DNA of 64,000 nt from Flavonifractor porci (GCF_037572415.1 NZ_JBBHLB010000005.1:150050-214049), one strand, 5' to 3'; shown: positions 35,601 to 43,604, counted from the first letter of the stretch. Notes: generated by a model not told the origin, from the letters alone. Made by a program: numbers and translations.

Positions 35601-38600
35601 TCTCCGTCTTTGCCGGTGTTCAGATCCACGATGATCCACTCCACGCCCGGAGTCTGAGGCGCATCCACGCTGCCGGTCTCCTTGATGGCAGGACCCGCGC
35701 ACCACCGGTTGCTGGGATCGCCGTCCAGGGCCTTCCAGGACTGAGGATCGTCCGAAGATCCGGAAACACCAGATGCCTGATGGGCCTTATTCAGCGCCAG
35801 ATTACCGGCAAAAGGCTCCTGAGGGGTGGAACTGTCCCGCCGCACAGCGACCACGGCAGTCAGAGCAAAGCCACCGGGATTGGTGATGGTATCGCCCAGG
35901 ACATAGTTGCCCGTTACGGTGTATTCCTTGGCAGCGGTAGGATCATAATCTTCCCCGGACCAGACAACAGGAAGGGTAACCTCTTTGCCGTTGCTCAGGG
36001 TCACAGTACCCTGCGCAGGCAAGCCGGCCCGATCCAATTCGGTGCCAAAGGCCACTTCCACTTCGATTTCCGGATTGGGAGCGGTGTAAATGCTGGGCAG
36101 CGGGAGGGGTGCCTTACCGGCTTCGCCCTCGTCCAGACGTCCGTTGAGCAGGATCTCCGCAATGCTGACATTGCTGCCGGCCGCCCAGGCCACTTTAATC
36201 GCGGAGATATCGCCCAGCTGGGAAGTATCGCCTACCCAGACGGTATTGTCTGCCGTTCCAACAGTCTCCCAGTTATCGCCCACCTTCACGGTCACGCTGG
36301 CATTGGAGACAGAATTCTGAATCACACTGACCGAATCCAGATGGACCGGCTTCTTCAGAGTATAGACCAGCTCGCCGGCAGCACTGCTGTTAAAAGCGGT
36401 CAGCAGATTGCCGTCCATTGCGTTTTGTTCATTTGCGGCGCCGCTGGTAAAGGTTCCGGCAGAGGTGTCTACGGTAAATTCCCGAACGTTGAGCTTGCTG
36501 CTGGAATCTTCTGTCTGGCGCAGCCGCAGGTAGCGGGCACGAATGGCAAGATCAGACAGGGTGATATGAGTGGAATCTACCTCAGGAACCAGGGTAATCC
36601 ACTGGATTCCATCCTGAGAATACTCCAGAGTGGCGTTATGATAATAGTTGCTGTCCTCATCCTTTTCGCCCTGAAGGATAGAAACGCCGCGCACGGTCTT
36701 TTCGATGCCCAAATCCACGCCGTAATAGTCATTGGCCTGCTGCGCAACATCGTACTTGGCGGCGCTGCCGGCATTTCCATCCAGCATTGCGTTGGAAGCG
36801 GTGGCCTCCTGGCGGACCCCGCCGATCACCGCATAGAGGGTGGGCTCGGTATGAGATACCTGCGGGCTCAGCTCTTCAAAAATGCGGGTGGATACACCTT
36901 CCATCAGATCCGTAATGAACGGCTGCAGCCGCTTGGAGCCGCCATAAGTGTTAAGGCTCTTCTTTTCGGTATTGGCAGCATTGTACTGGGCCCAGGCCTC
37001 AGCCAGATTGTCGCTGTTGACCGCAACAGCCGCCTGAAGAGCGGGCTGGATCGCCTGAGCGACTTTTTCCAGATTGCTGAGCCAGGGATTCAATTCACCG
37101 ATCAGTTGAGCGCTGGTGCAGTGTTCCTTAAAATATGCGATCGCTTCCACAATGTGCTGGCATTCATCCCGCAGCTTCACAAAGTCCGGATCCTCAGCGG
37201 TCAGGGTCCCGTTTTTCGTCTTTTCCAGAACTGCCGCCATGGTGTCCTTCAGATAATCAGACTCAGGGAAGGGATTTCTGCCAGGGAAACGGCTGGGCAC
37301 GTTGGAACCAACTGCTGCGCCCACATTCCGGGCAATGGTGAGATAGGCGTCATACACCTCGGGCTGGAGGTACTTGAAGCAATCTTCCCAGATGTCCAGA
37401 TAATTCTCGTCATAGCTTTCATTGTTCCAGTTCCAGCACATCAGCTGGTAGATACCCACCTTACTGACCTGGGGCTTATTGCAGGGGTTTGAGATAATGC
37501 CCAGGTGATGTTTCAGTCCTTTTGCCCATTGCAGATAGGCCTGGCTGTCACCCAGGAAAATGCCCCGGCCACCGGTATGTTCGTTACAGGGATAGTTCAG
37601 CCAGGTTACGATGTCATGTCCGCTGCGATCATACGCATAGTCGTAATTCTTCTGCTCCACGGGAGAATTTACCGTAGCGCCCGTCCAGTAGATTGGAATA
37701 CGGGAGTCCAGATTTTTAAACGATGCCAGCTCCTCGCCGTTGTCTGTCTCCGCACGACCGACATTATAATGCTGCGGGCAGTACACAATGGTTGCACAAT
37801 CACCCTTTTTATCCACATAATCGGTCATGATCCGGTTCAGCAGATTTACCGCATCGGCATGGGTGCCGGAACCGAAATCGTCGTTCAGGATGTGGAATTG
37901 GCGCACACCAATCGCATAGAACTGGTCAAGCTTTTTGGTGAGCAGATCAAAGCGTCTGTTATACTCCGCATAGCCCGCTTCATTACTGGGATCGGTGCTT
38001 ACGCCGCCTTTAAAAAAGCTGCCCAGATGAACAGACCAGACAAATTCCACTTTGGTTTCTTTTCCGACTTCGACAAGCCGTTTAAAGTCCTTCATCTGAT
38101 CCTCTGGATAGAGTTTGTCCCAATCAGAAGTATGATACTTGTCCGTTTTGGACGCATAGACAAAGATGTTCATTTTGACATCCCGCCCCATGCGCATCAC
38201 GCTTTCCCGGTTTTCAACATCCCAGCCGCCATAGAAGCCTTCTATCACACCGCGGTACAGGTTGTTGGAATAGTCCTCGATCTCCACCGGCAGGAACTTC
38301 TGACCGGCAAAGGAGCTGAACATCATCTGCAGGGTGGCCAGACCGTAGTAAACACAGTCTGTATCCTTACCCACGATGGTAACCACTCCGTTGGCGTTGT
38401 TGGTGGTATCTGCCACCAACATATAGGGATCATACTTCCCCATACCGGTACTGTCGCTGTCGTCGAACAGGTCCGTACGAGCGGTGGGAACAGGGTCTGC
38501 AACAGTCTTGTCCTCGTCCCCGTAGACGCCCAACAGGATGTTGGTCTTCCCGGCCACCACCGCACTGGAGGTAGTCATGGTCATGTCATAATCGGCCAGG

Positions 38601-38893
38601 ATTTCTTCCAGAAAATCTTTGGTGTAGCTGTCGATGCCGCTCTCCACCACAACGTTGACTTCTTTGGTCATGGTGAAGGGTACTGCTCCGTCAGGATAGA
38701 CGACCGAATGGGGCACCGGATAAATTTCATAACGACCTTGGTCCTCTGAAAATCCGTTGACAAGACTATCTTCCACCATGCCCTCTTTGGGCGGCTGCAG
38801 CGCAAACGCAGGCGACACGGTGGTAGACAGCATGGTACCGGCCAACAGCAAGGCCAGTACCTGTTTGTTGCCTCTTGACTTCATCCTCTTCAC
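32609..38893 (-). CDS. giant SLH-anchored GH84 beta-N-acetylglucosaminidase with multiple carbohydrate-binding/Ig-like modules
   Basis: 2094 aa with a signal peptide (..TTVSPAFA). GH84 core: YRGVIEGFYGGW...KMNIFVYASKTDKYH and a catalytic-type FHILNDDFG. At least four F5/8-type-C/CBM32-like modules (DGN.., DGDPSNRW, DGDTGTRWSS). Also Big-like repeats, an FN3 (LAASGVTQTGATVTWTPS), a Listeria-Bacteroides repeat (YVFAGWYTD) and three C-terminal SLH repeats. The exact start is ambiguous: GTG at 38893 or ATG at 38884. Confidence 0.85.
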   Translation of the reverse strand: MKRMKSRGNKQVLALLLAGTMLSTTVSPAFALQPPKEGMVEDSLVNGFSEDQGRYEIYPVPHSVVYPDGAVPFTMTKEVNVVVESGIDSYTKDFLEEILADYDMTMTTSSAVVAGKTNILLGVYGDEDKTVADPVPTARTDLFDDSDSTGMGKYDPYMLVADTTNNANGVVTIVGKDTDCVYYGLATLQMMFSSFAGQKFLPVEIEDYSNNLYRGVIEGFYGGWDVENRESVMRMGRDVKMNIFVYASKTDKYHTSDWDKLYPEDQMKDFKRLVEVGKETKVEFVWSVHLGSFFKGGVSTDPSNEAGYAEYNRRFDLLTKKLDQFYAIGVRQFHILNDDFGSGTHADAVNLLNRIMTDYVDKKGDCATIVYCPQHYNVGRAETDNGEELASFKNLDSRIPIYWTGATVNSPVEQKNYDYAYDRSGHDIVTWLNYPCNEHTGGRGIFLGDSQAYLQWAKGLKHHLGIISNPCNKPQVSKVGIYQLMCWNWNNESYDENYLDIWEDCFKYLQPEVYDAYLTIARNVGAAVGSNVPSRFPGRNPFPESDYLKDTMAAVLEKTKNGTLTAEDPDFVKLRDECQHIVEAIAYFKEHCTSAQLIGELNPWLSNLEKVAQAIQPALQAAVAVNSDNLAEAWAQYNAANTEKKSLNTYGGSKRLQPFITDLMEGVSTRIFEELSPQVSHTEPTLYAVIGGVRQEATASNAMLDGNAGSAAKYDVAQQANDYYGVDLGIEKTVRGVSILQGEKDEDSNYYHNATLEYSQDGIQWITLVPEVDSTHITLSDLAIRARYLRLRQTEDSSSKLNVREFTVDTSAGTFTSGAANEQNAMDGNLLTAFNSSAAGELVYTLKKPVHLDSVSVIQNSVSNASVTVKVGDNWETVGTADNTVWVGDTSQLGDISAIKVAWAAGSNVSIAEILLNGRLDEGEAGKAPLPLPSIYTAPNPEIEVEVAFGTELDRAGLPAQGTVTLSNGKEVTLPVVWSGEDYDPTAAKEYTVTGNYVLGDTITNPGGFALTAVVAVRRDSSTPQEPFAGNLALNKAHQASGVSGSSDDPQSWKALDGDPSNRWCAGPAIKETGSVDAPQTPGVEWIIVDLNTGKDGEDLSGTNELTDITLKCYTDKSWPTKYDIYVSDEPFTVQDGKVSGGTKAASASYDPTDQKGHDDQVTVLPEGTSGRYVCVVFNEINKYATGATGISVAELKINGTKTYSAGVGAEENLSLEHPVYASGMELSSGFEPSKSVDGDTGTRWSSNWVGPEVATDSNGAWIVIDLGEDVADVTGISMSYFNKTWSDEYWIQVAGSDYTPQDYSKENLYQTMNNKEALTGQNAKDANAWTTIATVTQSGTESGATHSVAKADFTKPIPAGTRYLRLYFEKGNSVIPRESTCIGLKEVTVTGTRFVAPAEPNVESVKPATATGVLGTAFGDLNLPETVAATLADGTSITLNVTWSDEGYNSNSAEQTLTGTLQCQDPVTNTDGVKAELHLTLTEEPKAVSAAVNPASVTAQQGTAFAELGLPTRAVVEMSDSTFVVCNVAWTESDYAAESEAAQTIHGTLDAVNDLGVTITVERPDTTAPAAPAGLAASGVTQTGATVTWTPSAEADLAGYRVYLNGASDPVADITASTYAFSGLTPNAEYTVTVTAYDRSGNESQPASCTFKTETAVMHHIEYILYNASVDPKTDSVMDGTDLTFKLVPAEGYILPETISVTMGGTALEQGKGYTYDAVTGNVTISNINAEVLIRADAIDPNAPKTVTVTFESNGGSSVPEQTVEVGSTVAEPEAPVREGYVFAGWYTDNIYTTQWNFSDPVNESMTLYAKWEDNGSGGVPSTSYAITVDETDNGTVTSSRTRASKGLTITLTVKSDEGYKLDTITVTDKNGSEVKLTDKGDGKYTFAMPASAVTVKAAFVKDDTPVDTDTPFTDVKADEWFYEAVKYVCDNKLMDGTSSTTFAPLMITNRAMIVTILWRLEGQPKAEATLSFTDVESGVWYTDAVNWAASKGIVKGYSDTVFAPNDTVTREQLATILYRYAESKGYDVSAKGDLTTFADGANTSSWAAEAMEWAVGSGLLSGKDGGKLDPTGTATRVEVATILMRFADSKAE

Positions 38894-39307
38894 ATCTCCT
38901 TTTTAAAAATCGGACCTACTTCCGGCAGGATTGCGTTTACGCCTGCGGATTGGTATCATATCCACCCCTTATTTCTCCCGCCTTTGGCACTCCGGGTCTT
39001 AAAATCTTCGTTCATAACCTCCTTCTTATTTTTCGACACAATAGTCTATATTTAGTTTATCACGGTACCCTACAGCCGCAAGTATGATTTTTTATCATAC
39101 TTTTACTCAGTACAGAACTTTTTTTCAAGGGTATCAAAACTTTAAAACTATTTTAATGAAATTGCTTTCCCATAGTTTTATAGTCGGCATCCATATTCTT
39201 ACCTTAATTGGCCAACCTCTCCCTTGCTTTATACAGCCAGCCTGCGCCTTTCCTTCTTTTCACGCATATCATGTTGCGGGAGCATCTCCCAGAAGGGGGT
39301 AACACGC

Positions 39308-40681
39308 ATGGGTGTTACAAATTCCAACAAACTCACCAATACCGACCACATTGCCTGCGGCGATTCACTGCGTGTAAGCCTGTCCCTGACAGCTGCACCA
39401 GATATTATTTCCAATCCCACTGATATTGTGCTGATTCTGGATCGCTCAGGCAGTATGGCCGGCACACCACTGACCAACATGAAACTGGGTGCAAAAACAT
39501 TTATTGATATCATCGATGAGGCCACCGATAATATGAACGATGGTCAAATCGGTTCCGGCAGCCGCATCGGCATTGTCAGCTTTTCCAGTACCGCTGTGGC
39601 GAACACCCAGCTCATCACCTCAGTGAACACGCTGAAAGACGCTGTGGACAGTCTGAGCGCCTCAGGCCTGACCAACCACGCAGACGCCTTTTCCAAGGCC
39701 ATCCAGCTTTTTGATCCTACCTCCGGCAATGCAAAGGTGATGATCATATTTACCGATGGCAATACTACGGCCGGTGCGCCTCCGGCACCTGTGGCCGCCG
39801 CCGCCCGGGCTGCGGGTATCACCATCTATTGCATCGGCCTGATAGGCTCCGGCGGTCTGGATATTGACGCATTAAACAACTGGGCCACCGACCCGGACGC
39901 TGCACATGTGGCGGTAACGCCCGATGCCGCCGATTTGGAAGACCTTTTCAAAGAACTGGCAGCCAACCTGACCAAGGCAGGCGCAACCAACATTGTAATC
40001 GACGAAATCGTCAACTCCGATTTTATGATCACAAGTATTCTATCTCCCACAAAGGGCTCCGCCGCCATGTTGGACGCACACACTCTGCGGTGGACCATTC
40101 CCGCATTGGGGGTGGATGCCAGCGAGAGCGCTGTGCTTGATTTTTTCATCCGGCATATCGGCCGGGAGCCGGGAACCAAACTGGTCAATCAGTCCATCAC
40201 TTATTCTGATACCGAGGGGAATGTGGTGTCTTTTCCCGCCCCCATGGTAACTGTGGAATGCGACATCGTGGTAACGCCGGAAGCTTGCCCCACGCCAGTA
40301 GATTTTACCGTGGAAGGTTGCACCGACTCGGTCCTGGTCGACCTGGGAGACACCTATTTGGAGTCTCAGGGCCGCATCATACAAACAGACGTCACCATCA
40401 AAAATGTATGTCCCGGAAAACGGATCGCGCTGGCCGCCATTCTCTCGGAAGTGGACGCCAACGGAACAGAATATCCACGGGGCATGAAGGCAATGACCAT
40501 CCCGGCCCACAACTTTCCCACTTGCCGGGACATACAGGTCCGGTGCATCAAATTTGTTGTACCCGAAGACTTGAATGTTTCCGGAACCTCATTTTGCAGT
40601 CCCCGCAGCTTCAAGGCTCGCTTTATCGCCAACAGCATTGATACGGATTACCACTGCTGCGAATCTACGATCACATTATGA
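39308..40681 (+). CDS. von Willebrand factor A domain protein with Cys-rich C-terminal region, no signal peptide seen
   Basis: ATG at 39308 with an AAGGGGG RBS. MIDAS-type motif DIVLILDRSGSMAG plus IIFTDGNT. The C-terminal 150 aa carry about 9 Cys and end in ..YHCCESTITL. Confidence 0.75.
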   Translation: MGVTNSNKLTNTDHIACGDSLRVSLSLTAAPDIISNPTDIVLILDRSGSMAGTPLTNMKLGAKTFIDIIDEATDNMNDGQIGSGSRIGIVSFSSTAVANTQLITSVNTLKDAVDSLSASGLTNHADAFSKAIQLFDPTSGNAKVMIIFTDGNTTAGAPPAPVAAAARAAGITIYCIGLIGSGGLDIDALNNWATDPDAAHVAVTPDAADLEDLFKELAANLTKAGATNIVIDEIVNSDFMITSILSPTKGSAAMLDAHTLRWTIPALGVDASESAVLDFFIRHIGREPGTKLVNQSITYSDTEGNVVSFPAPMVTVECDIVVTPEACPTPVDFTVEGCTDSVLVDLGDTYLESQGRIIQTDVTIKNVCPGKRIALAAILSEVDANGTEYPRGMKAMTIPAHNFPTCRDIQVRCIKFVVPEDLNVSGTSFCSPRSFKARFIANSIDTDYHCCESTITL

Positions 40682-40785
40682 CCCAACTCCCACTGTTTTG
40701 TTTTCACAGCACAGGATCTCTGCTGCAAAACGTTGATCTGCTCTCTTCGCAGGCAATGTCCCCAGTGCAGCATACAAAATAAACA

Positions 40786-40840
40786 AAACGCAGCTACCGC
40801 AAACAGGCAAGCGCCTGATTTCGCGGTAGCTGCTGTTTTT
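40786..40840. terminator. terminator after the vWA gene
   Basis: GCAGCTACCGC ... GCGGTAGCTGC stem (with a nested CAGGC/GCCTG helix) followed by GTTTTT and preceded by AAAA. Confidence 0.7.
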
Positions 40841-41044
40841 GCCCGATAAAGGCGGCTGTAACGGCATGAGATAGGAGCTTCTCAAACGTGTGCGGCGGAC
40901 ACGTAAGGTACAGCGTACAAAGCAAATTTTCACGATACCCTATGCAGCCAGGATATTGTATTGACCGCAGGGCGCTATTAAGATTATTGTGTTGGATTAG
41001 CTTCCTAATTGCAGCAAAAACGGGCGGGTTTCCCCGCCCTTCAA

Positions 41045-41254
41045 TTAGCTTTCATCGTCTTTGATATATTTCATAATATCGCCCACTTCGCAGTCCAGAA
41101 TACGACAAAACACCTCTATGGTATGGGTACTGACACTTTCGTTGCGCTTCAACCTTGTAATCTGTGCCGGGCTGATATTGTATTTCTTTATGAGGGCATA
41201 TTGGGAAATCCCTTTTTCCCGCATGACATTCCATAAGTTGTCGTAAGAAATCAT
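41045..41254 (-). CDS. XRE/Cro-type HTH regulator
   Basis: MISYDNLWNVMREKGISQYALIKKYNISPAQITRLKRNESVSTHTIEVFCRILDC is the HTH_26/Cro-like pattern. A GGGCGGG/CCCGCCC terminator lies at 41018-41045. Confidence 0.8.
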   Translation of the reverse strand: MISYDNLWNVMREKGISQYALIKKYNISPAQITRLKRNESVSTHTIEVFCRILDCEVGDIMKYIKDDES

Positions 41255-41310
41255 AACATTCAAGCCTCGCTCTCTACTTGAATGTTAACCGAAAACGATG
41301 TACAATTAGA

Positions 41311-41328
41311 TTAACCAATATCGGTTAA
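41311..41328. promoter_or_regulatory. inverted repeat operator candidate in the XRE/lipoprotein divergent region
   Basis: TTAACC-AATATC-GGTTAA, with a third TTAACC half-site at 41285-41290. Confidence 0.45.
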
Positions 41329-41353
41329 TATATTTATGTAGGAGGAGACGGAA

Positions 41354-42352
41354 ATGAAAAAAATATTGTTGTTTGTTCTATCAGCGGCTCTCATATTATC
41401 TTTGGCAGCTTGCGGCGGGGACACAACCAGTGACTCCAACGTATCAGGCAGCAATGAAACCAATACGCCAAACAACAGTGGAACACCCGGCAATGATGCT
41501 GATAGCGTTCAAGAAGCAGAGGTACCCAACAACGGGGAGTGGGACGAAATCCTTTGCTCCGGGGACGGCTATCACTTGGTAAAAAAAGAGGTTGATTCCT
41601 ACGATGGCTACAAATTCACACTTGGTGTAGTGGATGATGAGGGCCAGTGGGTACAGGAAATGACCGACACCGGAACTTTTGTAGACGAAGTACGCTTCCG
41701 CGCCGAAGGCAGCAGTGAAACCCTGCGAGACAGTTCCTGCTATATGTATCTGGGAGAAGGCGTGTTTCTTGCTTCTCCAGGTGTGTCCGTATACACAAAG
41801 GACGAAGAACACCGGGTCGGTCCTTGGGAGAACAGCGTATCTTACAGCCCTACTGGACGGGCTGAGGTTGCAATCTGGGAATGCCTTCTTTGGAATGTAA
41901 AAACTAATATGCAGACAGAGATTGACGCATCCAAGATGTCCATGTTCCAGGACGGATACTTGCTGTTCTGCAAAGAGGACGAGTCCGGCAGCGGTACACT
42001 CAGTGCCATGAATACTAACGGCGAAATCACTGAATTCACCTGTAAGTTCTTGCCCAATAAGCCCGGCCACAATTTCCCCGTCTATTCAGAGGGATTGTTC
42101 TATGCCTGCACTGACAAGGGGTCTCGTCCCGGTTTTTTTGACATCTCGGGTAATATGGTCATTGACTTATCGTCGTATGATGTAGGCAGGATACCCTATT
42201 CCAATGAAATGGGAGTAAACGCCCCGTACTTTGAGAATGGGCAGGCTACTATTTTATTCGCCAACAATGCCGGGAGCGTGTTCCAGGCAACTATTGATAA
42301 AACAGGGGCTTTCGTGGGAGAACCTGAAAAAGTAGATGTTTCTGTTTATTAA
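41354..42352 (+). CDS. hypothetical lipoprotein
   Basis: AGGAGG RBS. Signal peptide with lipobox (ILSLAAC-GG). 332 aa with AT-richer codon usage than the flanks. No family recognised. Confidence 0.7.
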   Translation: MKKILLFVLSAALILSLAACGGDTTSDSNVSGSNETNTPNNSGTPGNDADSVQEAEVPNNGEWDEILCSGDGYHLVKKEVDSYDGYKFTLGVVDDEGQWVQEMTDTGTFVDEVRFRAEGSSETLRDSSCYMYLGEGVFLASPGVSVYTKDEEHRVGPWENSVSYSPTGRAEVAIWECLLWNVKTNMQTEIDASKMSMFQDGYLLFCKEDESGSGTLSAMNTNGEITEFTCKFLPNKPGHNFPVYSEGLFYACTDKGSRPGFFDISGNMVIDLSSYDVGRIPYSNEMGVNAPYFENGQATILFANNAGSVFQATIDKTGAFVGEPEKVDVSVY

Positions 42353-42409
42353 GCACAAAAAGAGAGGGCGGTACACCATCAGTGCCGTCCTCTCTCATTT
42401 TGTATTCCA

Positions 42410-42826
42410 TTGTTATCAAGCGCTCTCCTGCTCCTTCTTCTCTTCCTGCTTCTTCTGGAAGCCAGCAAGATCAATCACCTTGGAAGCATTGGAACTAAAA
42501 TCGGGCTGCTCCTTGTACTTTGGGAACTGGGTCTCAAACCAATTCCGCACAAACTTGTAGGGGATGGGCTGCTCCAGGGAGCAGGTCTTGACCACCTCAG
42601 ACTGGGCCAACAGCTCACCAGCATTCTGAAACACGCCCATATACTTCTCCATGTTTGCGCAAGTCAGGTTCTTGTAGGTGCGTTTGCTGGCATTTTTCTT
42701 GATGGTCTTGGTCGCTATCTGAGTACTGGGGAAGTCCTGGCGGTAAGCTCTCCACTCTCTGTATTCAGGAGGGCCGAAGATACGGGTCTGCTTCTTGAAA
42801 GCCTTGCCGTGGTGGGCAATCCCCAT
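42410..42826 (-). CDS. hypothetical ORF whose 5' end is a relic rubrerythrin C-terminus (status uncertain)
   Basis: The first codons, IAHHGKAFKKQTRIFG, parallel the [16 protein letters not shown] end of the neighbouring rubrerythrin. The rest is Lys-rich with no family recognised. An internal ATG (MEKYMGV..) is an alternative start. Confidence 0.35.
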
Positions 42827-42940
42827 GGGACAAATCCCATGGGGACCCCAATGATTTCATCTGCTCGGGCGGAGTGAATCCGCCCGGCTTCGAGGTTTCA
42901 GCTTCGCCAAAACCCTCGGTGACGAGGCCCGCCACGGCAA
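42821..42940 (-). repeat. multi-hairpin repeat element, copy 3 (3' of reverse rubrerythrin)
   Basis: CCCCATGGGA-CAAA-TCCCATGGGG hairpin, GGGGACCCC, a TTCAC-loop hairpin and a GGTTTC..AAACC hairpin. 42921-42940 is the exact reverse complement of rubrerythrin 43022-43041. Confidence 0.85.
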
Positions 42941-42974
42941 AAAAGATCCCGGTCCGTTGGACCGGGATCTTTTA
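42939..42974 (-). terminator. intrinsic terminator of reverse rubrerythrin
   Basis: Minus strand reads AAAAGATCCCGGTCC-AACG-GACCGGGATCTTTTTT, 11 nt after the stop. Confidence 0.85.
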
Positions 42975-42984
42975 GGTATTCAGA

Positions 42985-43527
42985 TTAGCCGAAGTAACGC
43001 TTCAGCAGGCCCTCGAAAGCCTTGCCGTGGCGGGCCTCGTCGCGAGCCATCTCGTGGACGGTGTCGTGGATGGCGTCCAGGTTGTGCTCCTTGGCCAGCT
43101 TGGCCAGCTCGAACTTGCCGGCGGTAGCGCCGTTCTCGGCGTCCACACGCATCTCCAGGTTCTTCTTGGTGGAATCGGTCAGAACCTCACCCAGCAGCTC
43201 GGCAAACTTGGCGGCGTGCTCGGCCTCCTCCAGAGCGGCCTTCTCCCAGTACAGGCCGATCTCGGGGTAGCCCTCACGATGAGCCACACGGCTCATGGCC
43301 AGATACATACCGACCTCGGAGCACTCGCCCTCAAAGTTCATGCGCAGGCCCTGGATGATCTCCTCGGGAGCGCCCTTGGCAACACCGACAACGTGCTCAG
43401 CAGCCCAGGTACGATCGCCACCCTGGAGCACGAACTTCTCCTTGGGAGCCTTACAGATGGGGCAGAAATCAGGGGCGGAATCCCCCTCGTGAACATAACC
43501 GCAAACAGAGCAGACCCACTTTTTCAT
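42985..43527 (-). CDS. reverse rubrerythrin (N-terminal rubredoxin-like domain plus ferritin-like diiron domain)
   Basis: N-terminal [12 protein letters not shown]...CPICKAPK rubredoxin fold, followed by E..EXXH diiron motifs ([32 protein letters not shown]). Confidence 0.9.
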   Translation of the reverse strand: MKKWVCSVCGYVHEGDSAPDFCPICKAPKEKFVLQGGDRTWAAEHVVGVAKGAPEEIIQGLRMNFEGECSEVGMYLAMSRVAHREGYPEIGLYWEKAALEEAEHAAKFAELLGEVLTDSTKKNLEMRVDAENGATAGKFELAKLAKEHNLDAIHDTVHEMARDEARHGKAFEGLLKRYFG

Positions 43528-43604
43528 GTGATTTTCCTCCTAATTTAATGATTTATTTTATTCAATTTCGGGTTAGCTGGAAGTGCTAATCAGTAATGAT
43601 TATC

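Noticed and set aside
32558-37492. 1644-aa plus-strand ORF
   Set aside because: It is antisense to the well-supported GH84/SLH gene. The translation is low-complexity (Gly/Ala/Arg/His-rich) with no RBS, the typical shadow ORF of high-GC coding DNA.
40676-40933. 85-aa minus-strand ORF after the vWA gene
   Set aside because: It spans the vWA terminator hairpin, has no RBS, and gives an Arg/Cys/Leu-rich, implausible peptide.
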